Shown: piece after piece, positions 44,171 to 54,335 of the stretch
How positions within the stretch are numbered: position 1 is the first letter of the stretch
How the letters are laid out: each line of letters starts with the position of its first letter
Source: a virus
Lineage: Duplodnaviria > Caudoviricetes
Virus record (IMG/VR): IMGVR_UViG_3300027754_004386
Span: 1 to 62,652 of that record
Strand: one strand, 5' to 3'
DNA: 62,652 nt
The notes under the pieces: generated by a model
What the model was told of the DNA's origin: nothing
The model's database searches: none
What the model saw: the letters and a program-made list of their open reading frames with translations, nothing else
Made by a program: the position numbers and the translations under genes

Positions 44171-47037
44171 TTAATCACTTTTCTCATAGTTCCGTCGTCG
44201 TAGACCTCAATGTAAACATCCATTAAATTAAGTCTGTTAGGATCTATTTCTTGTCCGTTTAAGTTAATATATTTAACGATTGTTTTTTGATTACCCAAAT
44301 CCGTATTATTGATTGATATTGGACCAAAAGTTTCATAAACCCCATCGTTATCATATTGTTGTAATCTATAGTAATTAATAATTGGTTCCACTTTATAATC
44401 AACAACATCATAATCAATTTGTGTGTTTGAATTACCAGCAGCATTTAGTGTGACCACAGTTTCCCAAGTTTCACCATCTCTACTTTTTTGTAGATTAAAA
44501 TGACTAGTGTTTTGTTCTGATGAGGTCACCCAAAAAATATAATTATTCTCACCCTTATTAATACCATCAAATGATGTTAATTCAATTGGAAGTCCACTTT
44601 GGATAGACACTCTATATTCCTCTATTTCACCATATGTATACCCTGCCGAGTTATATGCGTCTGTTGTTGGTGTTCCTGACCATTTAGACAATACTCTCAT
44701 TTTAACACTTGTGGCTACCGCTGTGGTTGGAACAGTAAATGATTGTGATTGTGTCGTTCCATATGTTGTTTGCATTATGTTTTCTGTTGTTTGAAATATC
44801 CCATCGTTATTATAATCAATCCAAGCAGCATATCCTGAAGGGTATCCTAAAAATGTTGCTGGGCTAGAAACATATATTGTGTAGGTTGATCCTTTAACCA
44901 AATTCGTTGAAATTGATGTAAAATCTTGATATGAATCACCTAATGGTGAGTCATATGTTGAAGTGTTATTTATTGTGTTTAATGTTACATTTGATATATA
45001 ATCACCACCACCTGTTCCTGTACTATATGGAGGGGCTGATTGTAGAGTAACAGACACAGGTGAAGTAACACCCGCAGGACAACCCCCACTAACAGAAGTG
45101 GTTCTAAAATACATTGTGGGTTGCTGTACGTTTAATATAAGAGTGTATGGATTTGCTGGGTTGTTTATTGTTCCCGCCACTGTTGAAAAGTTATCATATG
45201 AAAATTCAAACTTTGTTGTAGTACCACCATTTCCTGTTGTAGTGAATACCACGGCATCATTTACAGTTGTTGATGTTTTATTTGCAGCTAAAGTACCCGC
45301 CGCAGTAGGTGTAGTACAAGGAGCAACACAAGTTCTAGATATAGTAAATGTACCTGTAATTACTGATACCCCATAATATGCAACATACACATAATATACA
45401 GTTCCGTTTACTGTTGTAAAGGTAGCACTTTCCGTACCACCGGCGAGTGCTGCATCAACGGCTGCGACTTGAGTTCTACTAGCGCATGTACCATACCCAA
45501 TATACATTCCTATATCAATGGATGAGGTTACAGATATGGTTGTTTGCCCACCATCTCCTGTAAATGTATACCACACACCATAACCACCAACATACAAACT
45601 ATTTGGAGATGTTTCAACAACAGAGTTTACTGTCGTTCCGGCTAAAGAAGAGGTTGCACATGGTAAAGAAGTTGCTGCTGAGCATGCATCGTTTGTTGGT
45701 GGAGTAGGCGCTGCAGTACAAGTTCTTGATATTGTAAAAGTACCTGTTGCGGTAGATGTTGTGCTATAATGAGCAATAAAGACATAATACTGTTGACTGT
45801 TTGTCGTTGTAAATGTATATGATTCCGCAGAGTTTGATAAGGCATTATCTTGTGAAGCTACAACAGAAAAAGAACCGCAACTTGTACCTGTAAGTATAAC
45901 CATTTCATGGTCAAATACTGCAGTTGATGATATTGTTGTTTGTTGACCATCTCCTGTAAATGAATACCATACCCCATAATTTGAAACTGATGCGCTTGCT
46001 GGAGGCACCTCAGAAACTGAGTTGACTGTTGTTCCTGCCAAATTAGACGTAGCGCAAGGTAAACTAGTAGCCCCTGAACACGCATCATTTGATGGAGGAC
46101 TTAAAGTAGTAAAAGACCATGTTGAACATCCTGTTGCGGGTCCAACAGAATTTCGTGGAACAATTTTATGATAATAAGTTGTATTGGAGCTTAATGTTCC
46201 TGGATTGTAAGTAGTGCCAGCTTGATTTGAGGATACTAACGGAGGTGTTGCTGAGGTTCCGAAATAAACATCATAACCTGTTGCTGTTGCTGTAGCAGCC
46301 CAATTAATTGTTTGTGTTAAAGAAACATTTGTTGCACCATTAGATGGTGAAGAAAGGCTCGCACAGGTTGGTACTGTAGATGTAACATTATAAACAATAG
46401 ATACATTGTCAATAGCTGCGGGTGGGTTTGTCCCTACAGATCCATCATTTCTCCATTCAAATGTTAATCTATAAGCTGTGTTTGTAAAGTACGAAGCTGG
46501 TATTGTAATAGTTATCAGTTGTGAGGTAGTATAACCAGCAAATGAAGCATTATATATTGTTCGCGTAGTGTTTGCAGTAGCGGCATTTATAATACCCGTA
46601 GGTGCAGTTCCACTTAAAGTTTTTTGTGTACCATAAACAGGTGCGGCATTTGCAGCGGGTTCAAAATAAACACTCATATAATCACAACAACTTTCACCCG
46701 TTCCTTTCCAATAAAAAGATAAAGTTGCGGTTGCTGTGTTTGTTGGTAAGGTAAAATTTCTATATAGATGAGATACCCTTGCAGCACTATTTGTATATGA
46801 ATTTGGAGCAGTACTTGTTGCGTTTGTAATATATGCACCTCTTGATCCACCATATGCATAGGCACTACCTACTATCCATTGATTTTGAGTTGCAGTACCG
46901 ACTGTAGCTGTCCATCCGTTTGCTGTGGCAGTAGTACCCGTTTCAAATCCACCATCACCTGTTGGGGACAATAATGTTGTTTGACTATATGATAACAAGT
47001 TTACTAATAAACTTAAAATAAAAATTAACTTTTTCAT
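44167..47037 (-). CDS. Secreted multi-domain protein with Fn3-like, GEVED and T9SS C-terminal-like domains
   Basis: Signal peptide MKKLIFILSLLVNLLSYS|Q; duplicated PxNDAC...GTT.....GVWY.FTGDG modules; AWIDYNNDG.F...GEIEEY (GEVED); LPIELTSF Ig-like domain; terminal YINLNGQ...VYIEVYDDGTMRKVIK. Confidence 0.8.
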   Translation of the reverse strand: MKKLIFILSLLVNLLSYSQTTLLSPTGDGGFETGTTATANGWTATVGTATQNQWIVGSAYAYGGSRGAYITNATSTAPNSYTNSAARVSHLYRNFTLPTNTATATLSFYWKGTGESCCDYMSVYFEPAANAAPVYGTQKTLSGTAPTGIINAATANTTRTIYNASFAGYTTSQLITITIPASYFTNTAYRLTFEWRNDGSVGTNPPAAIDNVSIVYNVTSTVPTCASLSSPSNGATNVSLTQTINWAATATATGYDVYFGTSATPPLVSSNQAGTTYNPGTLSSNTTYYHKIVPRNSVGPATGCSTWSFTTLSPPSNDACSGATSLPCATSNLAGTTVNSVSEVPPASASVSNYGVWYSFTGDGQQTTISSTAVFDHEMVILTGTSCGSFSVVASQDNALSNSAESYTFTTTNSQQYYVFIAHYSTTSTATGTFTISRTCTAAPTPPTNDACSAATSLPCATSSLAGTTVNSVVETSPNSLYVGGYGVWYTFTGDGGQTTISVTSSIDIGMYIGYGTCASRTQVAAVDAALAGGTESATFTTVNGTVYYVYVAYYGVSVITGTFTISRTCVAPCTTPTAAGTLAANKTSTTVNDAVVFTTTGNGGTTTKFEFSYDNFSTVAGTINNPANPYTLILNVQQPTMYFRTTSVSGGCPAGVTSPVSVTLQSAPPYSTGTGGGDYISNVTLNTINNTSTYDSPLGDSYQDFTSISTNLVKGSTYTIYVSSPATFLGYPSGYAAWIDYNNDGIFQTTENIMQTTYGTTQSQSFTVPTTAVATSVKMRVLSKWSGTPTTDAYNSAGYTYGEIEEYRVSIQSGLPIELTSFDGINKGENNYIFWVTSSEQNTSHFNLQKSRDGETWETVVTLNAAGNSNTQIDYDVVDYKVEPIINYYRLQQYDNDGVYETFGPISINNTDLGNQKTIVKYINLNGQEIDPNRLNLMDVYIEVYDDGTMRKVIK

Positions 47038-47175
47038 TTTTTATATTTTTTTAATTAATAATAATATTATATAAATATCTTATTTAAAAATAAAAATAAT
47101 CGTAAATACTTAATAAAACAATAAAGAAGAACTTAAATTTTATTTTTCTTTCAAAATGGTATTATGAATGAGCAA

Positions 47176-48885
47176 TTAAAGGATTAATTCATATTTAAAA
47201 AGTCCACAGTCCCATATTTTATTAAAACCTAATTCAGTAGTTAACTCCTTTTCCGTTTTTGATAGGTTAATATTTGGATATCTTTTTTTTAAATTATTTT
47301 TACCAAAAGAAAATTTGTGGTACCTCTTATATCTACCCACTTTAGAATTATAATAGTAATAAGTTGGTTTAACTATTGACGTAAGTTTAAACCCTAAATT
47401 ACTATATAAATTATTATCGGGATCTATAGTCCATCTTCTATCTGCAAAACTAATAATACTATTTGGTGAATATTCTTTAATAAAAAATTTTATGAATTTA
47501 GATGCCAAACCTCTTATTACATAATTTTGTTTAGTTGCGTATCTACTTAATTCATATTCTCCATTTTTATTTTTGGTCATATTTCTTTTTTCATTGAATG
47601 ACATAACTCCAACTAATTCATTCTCATAATAAGCACCATAACATATAGTAGATTTATCTGTCCCTTGAATGTGATTATTATTTAAAAATATTTTCTTATC
47701 TTCATTATTTAGATTTTTTATTATAACATTTCTACCTCCGATCTTAATTCCATTATTAATTTTTAACAAATGTTTAAGTTTTGTTTTGACCAAATCTTTT
47801 TTAGTCATCCATTCGTCCTCAAAAATTTGTATGAGATTATAACCAAGTTGCTTACATTCAATTGTTTTATTTAAATGATAGTTAGAATTCTTACCCATCT
47901 TTTCTGTATGGTAATAAAGACCATTATACTCAATAAGAATGTTCGTATCTTTAATAATTATGTCTATTTCTTTACCATTAAGTAATTTACGATTTTTACC
48001 TTTTTCTGTTTCAAATCCTAAACTTTCAATAAATTCTTTAATTTCAATTTCCCCTTTAGATGTCCAAGTCGGTGTTGCATTTATGTTTGTTTCTATAGCC
48101 TTTGCACTCAAAATTTTTGAAATAGTATTTGAAACTATTTTATGATTTGGGAAATTGAGTTTATAATCCTCTAATGTTGTGTTATGTTTGTGTTTTAAAT
48201 GTGTATTTGAAATTGATTTCATTTTTTCACCACATAGATTACATATGACAAAATTATCTTCATTATTTAATTCATTATTCCTTTCTATTTTTTTTAATAA
48301 TTTTGAATGTAAATGAACATCTTCAGGAAATTTATCTATATATTCATTAATGGTGGTATTATGGACTTTTCGAATGTGTTGTTCAAAACAACCCGTTTTA
48401 TTTAAAGTATCTGATGTTTCCCAATCACACAACCTACATTTTCTACTTGATTTTATTTCTAATTCGATAATGTCAAAATAATTCTCAAACCATTTTTTAT
48501 TATGTTCTGATTCATATTTTTTTCTTTGGTAATTATTTTTTGGGATATTAACGTCACCATATAAATTAATTATGTGTTTGGTTAGCATTCCTGATAAATT
48601 ATTTGGGTCATTAATAATAATCTCAGTTTTTTTACACTTAGCAACTAATTCATAATTGTTTTTTGGGGTATATAATTTGGTTTTACTTGATCCTATATTA
48701 GAACTATTACCTATTTTTATTTGACCTCCTTTTTTATTTATGTCTATATTGTTGTCCTTTAAAATTTGTGATATTTTTTTGTGACCAACTTTAAAACGTT
48801 CAGCTAATTTATGAGTACTCGGTATTTCTGTTTTATATAGATCAATAATTTTTATAATATCGTCATTTGTTAACTTTGTTTTCAT
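47176..48885 (-). mobile_element. Free-standing homing endonuclease-like gene (Hef-like; Zn-finger repeats plus PD-(D/E)xK domain)
   Basis: CxxC...HxxxxH repeats; SKGE.EI...EIDI...IEYNGLYYH...K...IQIFEDEW nuclease core; C-terminal ELSRY...FADRRW...IWDCG domain. Sits directly after the capsid gene. Confidence 0.7.
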
Positions 48886-48954
48886 AAATTATTTTTATAT
48901 AAATATAATAAAAATAAAATTATAGTCCATTCATTTTTACACCTATCATAAAAT

Positions 48955-48989
48955 AAAAAAAGGGTGATAAATAAATACCACCCTTTTTT
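48955..48989. terminator. Intrinsic terminator after the major capsid gene
   Basis: AAAAAAAGGGTG...CACCCTTTTTT, about 20 nt after the capsid stop codon. Confidence 0.8.
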
Positions 48990-49008
48990 ATGTTCTATAG
49001 ATGAACGA

Positions 49009-50814
49009 TTATCTCAATTCTCTAAGATCAAATGTACGTACTCCATCAACAGTGATACGTCCGTAGAAACGGTTATTCACCATTTTCTTCGCGTATCTCG
49101 TCATTATTCCTTTTATTGGAGTGAAGTTAAATGGGTTGTACATTGTAGGTGTCAATTGTAGAGGTACGTACGGTGCGTAAACGTATCCTGTGTCTAACAA
49201 TGATGTTCCTTTGTGACCCAACAAGATTGTGTTTGGTGGGAAGTAAGGATCACGATAAACTTGGTAACGTCCTGCAAGAGTACCAACTCTTTCAATACCC
49301 ATGTTATACTGATCTTGCTCAGGAGAAGCGTTAGATACGTGGAAGTATTCTAAATCATCAAAAATAGCTGAGATTTCAGAAGATACAACGATCCAGTTAG
49401 CTCCACCTCTAAGTGTAGATTTGTGAATTTGTGCTGAAATTTGGTTGATAGCTGTGATCAACGTTTGATTCCAGTCTTTTTGAGTGTACTGAGTCAACGG
49501 ATTCGCTGAAGTACCTCTTTTCCATCCGTTGTAATCCCAACGTAATGTCCAAGCCGCACCTTTTCTCAAGTCACGAAGAATTTCACGGTCAATTTCTGCC
49601 GCCACTTGCTCAGACAATAAAGCTGTTAATTCAGCCTCAGCGTCGATGTTATGGAATGCAGAAACGTCTTGTGCCAATTCAGGAGACCATTGTGCTCTTA
49701 GTTTTCTTTCTGTAACAGATACAGTAACTGACTCAAGGTCAAAAGAAACTTCACCAATTTGATCTTCAAATTCCAATTCTTTGTAAACTCTATATGATGC
49801 AGTAAATGCAGATCCGGCAACCGCACTACCAGCTATATCAGTTGTTAAACCAGAGTATCCATCAAGTGAATCAACACCAATAGAACATGGAACTTGTAAA
49901 TCAACTTCTAAGTAGATAAGTCCGTTAGGTGTACAAAGATTGTCATATGAACCACCATTTCCATCAGTAGGGAATGTAGTTGAAGTTTGTACACCATATT
50001 GTACGATTCCTTTACCATATTTTTGAGTAACTACTCTAAATAATAGGTTTCCTGAACCTGCTCCTGAGAATGCACCACCCGCAGTTGTAACAGCATTTAC
50101 GTGTAAATCAGAAAGGAATGCTTCATTATCCATTTCTTGACCATCAGGACCGATAAGTTTTCCTGCACCTGCGTTAGAGAATCCAGAAAGTACAAGTAAT
50201 ACTTTTCTGTACTCATCTGCCGTATAAGCAGAAGGGATTAATTGACCATTAGACCAAGCTACTGTACTTACCGCACTTGAAGTGATTGCCGAGAATGTAC
50301 CTTTAGAATAATCAAAAAGTCCTGGTGGATCTAATGCTGGTTCAGCACCTTCATAAAATCTATCATAAAGGTTTTTGTCACCTGTTGAATATCCAGCACC
50401 TTGAGCTGCAGGACCATTAGGCGCTCCAAGTGGAGAGTAGTGAGTACCACCAGCTGTAGGGTCTTGACCATTTTGGTAAGCTTGGATTTTAGGTACGAAG
50501 TAGAACAATTTACCGATAGGCAAGTTCATTGCTTGTACAGATACTAAATCGTTAGCCAACAATTTAGAGAATACGCGTCTTACGATAGGGAAAACTACAG
50601 TTTCAAATGAACCTGAACTATCTGTTGATGCCGCTTCGTTGATTAGGTGAGATGCTTGGTTTTCATAAAGTTGTGCCATGTTCTCTTTAATGTGTCCTTT
50701 TAGACCGTCTAGGAATCCTAATTTATCCCATTTGCTAATTGTATCTTCTTTGATAACTTTAAGGTGCTTAAGACCGATGTTACCAACAAGACCTGATTCT
50801 AATAATGCTCCCAT
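49009..50814 (-). CDS. Major capsid protein (T4 gp23-like)
   Basis: VRRVF..L.ANDLVSVQAM..P.G..FY, RKLRAQWSPELAQD..AFH.IDAEAEL..LLSEQ..AEIDREI and YAPYVPL...F.P..G.MTRY motifs. Confidence 0.97.
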   Translation of the reverse strand: MGALLESGLVGNIGLKHLKVIKEDTISKWDKLGFLDGLKGHIKENMAQLYENQASHLINEAASTDSSGSFETVVFPIVRRVFSKLLANDLVSVQAMNLPIGKLFYFVPKIQAYQNGQDPTAGGTHYSPLGAPNGPAAQGAGYSTGDKNLYDRFYEGAEPALDPPGLFDYSKGTFSAITSSAVSTVAWSNGQLIPSAYTADEYRKVLLVLSGFSNAGAGKLIGPDGQEMDNEAFLSDLHVNAVTTAGGAFSGAGSGNLLFRVVTQKYGKGIVQYGVQTSTTFPTDGNGGSYDNLCTPNGLIYLEVDLQVPCSIGVDSLDGYSGLTTDIAGSAVAGSAFTASYRVYKELEFEDQIGEVSFDLESVTVSVTERKLRAQWSPELAQDVSAFHNIDAEAELTALLSEQVAAEIDREILRDLRKGAAWTLRWDYNGWKRGTSANPLTQYTQKDWNQTLITAINQISAQIHKSTLRGGANWIVVSSEISAIFDDLEYFHVSNASPEQDQYNMGIERVGTLAGRYQVYRDPYFPPNTILLGHKGTSLLDTGYVYAPYVPLQLTPTMYNPFNFTPIKGIMTRYAKKMVNNRFYGRITVDGVRTFDLRELR

Positions 50815-50844
50815 TTTTTTATTTTTTAAAATTGAGTTTATTGT

Positions 50845-52197
50845 TTATTTTATTTTATTCATTAAATCCTTCATTCTTAAGAATTGTGGATTTTCATAAG
50901 TTTTACTTTCGATCAAATTAGAAGACCCTGTTGTTGGAGTTTTAATAACTTTAGATGCTACAGATTCTGTAACTACGTTAGTGATTCCATCAAGTTCTTC
51001 TTTGATTGATTTGTAAAGACCTTTAGATTCTTTGATTGATTCAACATTATCAAATCTTCTAAGGATATTAATTTTTTCTTGTTTAGTTGTTGTATGTTCA
51101 GTAAACAAACGAGTAGCGTATGCCAAATTAGAGTTGAATACCGCAACTTCGTTTAACTTAGTTCTAAAGAAATCCAAAGCTTTTTTGTATTCTTCATTTT
51201 TTTCTCTAAGTACGTCGATTTCTTTATTCAAAGATTCTTTTCTTAACTGGCTTGGAGCGGCAACTCTATTTCTTTCAGCTCTTCGCTTATAAGTTATAGT
51301 TCTTGACGCTTCTGTAGTTTCCGCCTCTTTTCTCATTTTTGGTTTTTTCAAGAAAAGACTTGATGCCTCTTCCATTTCTTCTTCCCACTCAGATTCATTT
51401 TCTTCATCAGATGTTTCGGTTACTCCGTGTTTCATATTAGGATATTTGAATTGTTTCATTTTACCTACTTTACCTTTTGGTTTCATAGATTCATAAACCT
51501 CGTCAAGATCTTCCTCTTCTTCCTCATCGGATTCTTCTTCTTCTTCTTCATCCATTTCTAATTCGTAAATGGTCTCATTTTCTTCCTCTTCTTCTTCGTC
51601 CATTTCAAGTTCATACACAACTTCTTCATCTTCTTCGTATGCTTCCATTGTTTCGTCTTCATAACTATTATCAGACTCGTTTTGGATTAAGTATTCAACG
51701 TCCTCATTGTCATCAGACAAATGAATATAATCATCGTCTTTTGAAATAATAATTCCGTCATCTTCTCCCATAGCTTTAAAAACTTTTGCTAATTCTTCAG
51801 GAGAAGCTCCTCTCATGTCCAATGGAGCCATTTCATTTTCGTCTTCCATATCGTCAAATCCCATCATAGTCATATCAAACTCTTGATCGTCTCCTTCGTC
51901 ATCAGACATTTCAAAATCAATATCTTCTTCCTCATCATCACCAGTCGGCTCATTTTCGTATTCAACGTCTTCAATATCTTCAACGTCTTCAACGTCTTCA
52001 ATATCTTCGTCCTCTTGTTCTGAGATTCTTGATTTTGGTTTTTTTGTACCACTAAGTGATTCCTTTACTAATTCACTGATTTCTTCCTTCATAGTAGAAG
52101 CAAGTATTCCTTTTGCATTTTCAGTTACTGCTTCTTCAAGGGCTTTCATTTGTAATAAAGCTTCCTCTACTAAAGAGTTTTTGGTTTCGTTTGCCAT
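50845..52197 (-). CDS. Prohead core or scaffolding protein
   Basis: Very acidic centre, coiled-coil C-terminus, and a position between the prohead protease and capsid genes. Confidence 0.8.
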   Translation of the reverse strand: MANETKNSLVEEALLQMKALEEAVTENAKGILASTMKEEISELVKESLSGTKKPKSRISEQEDEDIEDVEDVEDIEDVEYENEPTGDDEEEDIDFEMSDDEGDDQEFDMTMMGFDDMEDENEMAPLDMRGASPEELAKVFKAMGEDDGIIISKDDDYIHLSDDNEDVEYLIQNESDNSYEDETMEAYEEDEEVVYELEMDEEEEEENETIYELEMDEEEEEESDEEEEEDLDEVYESMKPKGKVGKMKQFKYPNMKHGVTETSDEENESEWEEEMEEASSLFLKKPKMRKEAETTEASRTITYKRRAERNRVAAPSQLRKESLNKEIDVLREKNEEYKKALDFFRTKLNEVAVFNSNLAYATRLFTEHTTTKQEKINILRRFDNVESIKESKGLYKSIKEELDGITNVVTESVASKVIKTPTTGSSNLIESKTYENPQFLRMKDLMNKIK

Positions 52198-52299
52198 TTT
52201 TAATGCGTGCGTAAAATTGTTTATTTATCAAATAAATATATCCTTATTTTAAAAAATTCGTTATTTTATGTATTTCTGATAAAAAAAATTAAAAAGCAC

Positions 52300-52332
52300 A
52301 AAAAAAGGGAACACATAAAATGATCCCTTTTT
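52300..52332 (-). terminator. Intrinsic terminator
   Basis: AAAAAGGGA...TCCCTTTTT inverted repeat after the stop at 52353. Confidence 0.65.
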
Positions 52333-52352
52333 AAAAAATTTAATAAGTTTAT

Positions 52353-52562
52353 TTATTCAATTACCTCATCAATTTTACTCTCAACAATTGCGGTTATTCT
52401 CCAATCCATCGTGTAAGACTCGTAAGCTTTGGTTACTTTCGCCTCAACATCGGTGGGAGAAAACCCCCTAACCAATTTTTCTTCTTTAATTTTTTTTACT
52501 TTTCCTGAGTTCTCATCAACCATATCGGTTGTAACTCTTGCTACAAAATACTTTTCATCCAT
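52353..52562 (-). CDS. DUF4494-like small protein
   Basis: YF.A.V.......G..KK.KE..LV...S.T..EA.V pattern resembling Bacteroidota DUF4494. Confidence 0.55.
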   Translation of the reverse strand: MDEKYFVARVTTDMVDENSGKVKKIKEEKLVRGFSPTDVEAKVTKAYESYTMDWRITAIVESKIDEVIE

Positions 52563-52573
52563 GTCTTAAATTT

Positions 52574-53287
52574 TTACTTACCCAAATAATCGGATAATCT
52601 TTTCATTAAGTCAACAGATTTACCTAAACCATTACTAGAAATTATTTCATTTTCTTTTTTCTGTTCAATATTTTCATCGTATCTTGATCTATCTTCTTTA
52701 TTTATGTATAGATATGCTCCCGGTGTGGATGGAGAAGATACAAGGTCAAAACATATTAATTCAAAGTCATCTTGTACTTCATTTTGATCTCCTTTTTTAA
52801 CTAAAGACCCAACCCCTCTTGAGGATACTCCCATAGTAACTCCTTGTCTCATCATATTTGCGGCAACATCTCCTTTTGAAGATACTACCCCTCTTTCGTG
52901 AAAACCTGGTGTTGTAAGAAGTCTAATTTTTCCAACAAGTACATTGTCTTCCCACCATATTTTTGTAATAAGGTGTGATACACGATCCAAGTCAATTAAA
53001 GAAGATTCAGGGTGATTCAACTCTGAAATAGATAAACCTTTATTTATCATTTCATTATATCTGTCAGATTCTCTTCTTAATATTTTTTCAGGATAAATTC
53101 TACCATTTCTATTTGGTACACCGTACTTTTGTAAAGTCGCATAAAATTCAAATGGTTTTGAATGATCTAATTGTCCGTAAGATTCTTCAATAACGCTAAA
53201 ATTTCTTTTATCATTTGGATTTATTATTCCGGCGTCATGTTCAATAAGAATCCCCTTACCAAATTCATTAGGTCCTAGTATTTTCAT
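52574..53287 (-). CDS. Prohead core protease (T4 gp21-like)
   Basis: NRNGRIYP, ELNHPE (His), GVSSRGVGS (Ser) and FDLVSSPS motifs. Confidence 0.93.
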   Translation of the reverse strand: MKILGPNEFGKGILIEHDAGIINPNDKRNFSVIEESYGQLDHSKPFEFYATLQKYGVPNRNGRIYPEKILRRESDRYNEMINKGLSISELNHPESSLIDLDRVSHLITKIWWEDNVLVGKIRLLTTPGFHERGVVSSKGDVAANMMRQGVTMGVSSRGVGSLVKKGDQNEVQDDFELICFDLVSSPSTPGAYLYINKEDRSRYDENIEQKKENEIISSNGLGKSVDLMKRLSDYLGK

Positions 53288-53306
53288 AATCTTTTTAAGA
53301 TAAATA

Positions 53307-53756
53307 TCACATTAGTACCAATTCTTTATCTTTTGTTTTGCTTAATGTAAAATACTTTGAATTTTTTAAGTCGTCTGTGTAAATACTATTTATCATTAAC
53401 TTAATTTTTTCCCTTAAATAAATTGATTTAAAATCTAAGTTTTCTTTGTTTAAAAATAGGGTGATTTCAAGATTTAAAAAACTTCTTTTATTTTTTTGGA
53501 TTCCACTTGTTCTTAGATCTAAATCAACTATTTGTTTTTTATCAAATAATGAGTTATCCGTAACCTCAAGCAGTGTGTGTTGTATTTGTCTTTTTATTTG
53601 TCCTGTGATTCTATTCCAATTTTCATATTCATCTTTTGGTTCAACCCACGTTTGAATTACAATGTAGAGTGATTTAAAATCTTTGGAATCTACTGTTCCA
53701 TAATGACATTTTGCATCTTTCAAGATGTTTAATTTTGACGTTTTTCCTTTTTTCAT
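53307..53756 (-). CDS. Hypothetical phage protein
   Basis: 149-aa ORF in the head module. Confidence 0.65.
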   Translation of the reverse strand: MKKGKTSKLNILKDAKCHYGTVDSKDFKSLYIVIQTWVEPKDEYENWNRITGQIKRQIQHTLLEVTDNSLFDKKQIVDLDLRTSGIQKNKRSFLNLEITLFLNKENLDFKSIYLREKIKLMINSIYTDDLKNSKYFTLSKTKDKELVLM

Positions 53757-53874
53757 TTTTCATACCTTTCAGGTTTATTTTAATTAAAATATAAAAAAAA
53801 ATTACGACTTGTCAAAAAAATAAGTATTTTTGCAGGTATGTTGATATATTTATATCAATAATTTCCTTAAATTT

Positions 53875-54057
53875 ATGATTATAGTAGAAGTAAAAAATGC
53901 AAACTCTCTGGAGTCGGCCCTTAAAACTTATAAATTCAAAGTTTATAAGTCAAAACAAAATGAGATTTTAAGAAATCGTCAGGAGTTTAAAAAGCCATCA
54001 GTTAAGAAAAGAGCTCAGGTTAAAAAGGCTAAGTATTTACAAAAAGTTAGAAGTTAA
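53875..54057 (+). CDS. rpsU: Phage-encoded 30S ribosomal protein bS21
   Basis: 60 aa and basic, with LESALK.YK.K...LR.RQEF.KPSVKKR (bS21 signature) and a Bacteroidia-like C-terminus AKY54LQ. Confidence 0.9.
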   Translation: MIIVEVKNANSLESALKTYKFKVYKSKQNEILRNRQEFKKPSVKKRAQVKKAKYLQKVRS

Positions 54058-54062
54058 TTTTA

Positions 54063-54335
54063 TTAAACTTCTTTTTTCTCTTTTTGAATTTGGTGGACCA
54101 TATATCCAGCAATAGCCATTTCCACTGCAACCCACATAACAAAATCTGTCATAGAAAATGTATTGTATTTTTTAAGTAAAAAAAAGATCATCCCCCATTG
54201 TCCTATGATAAAAGCAAAACCTGACTCTAATCTCTTTTTAGAAAAATATGATTTTGTCGGAGAATACATATTAAGTACTTCCTTTAAAAACCATTTAATA
54301 TTTTCCCAACCAAAAAAGTATTTTTTCTTTTTCAT
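54063..54335 (-). CDS. Small two-helix membrane protein (possible holin)
   Basis: Two hydrophobic segments with charged termini. The function is a guess. Confidence 0.5.
   Translation of the reverse strand: MKKKKYFFGWENIKWFLKEVLNMYSPTKSYFSKKRLESGFAFIIGQWGMIFFLLKKYNTFSMTDFVMWVAVEMAIAGYMVHQIQKEKKEV

Noticed and set aside
47038-47175. AT-rich gaps (also 52198-52352 and 53757-53874) as tRNA or ncRNA genes
   Set aside because: No cloverleaf, T-loop or other structured RNA signature was seen. Their content is explained by promoter boxes and terminators.
48886-49008. Group I intron linking the capsid gene and the endonuclease
   Set aside because: The capsid gene is complete, ends in a normal stop followed by a terminator, and no intron core elements were recognisable.
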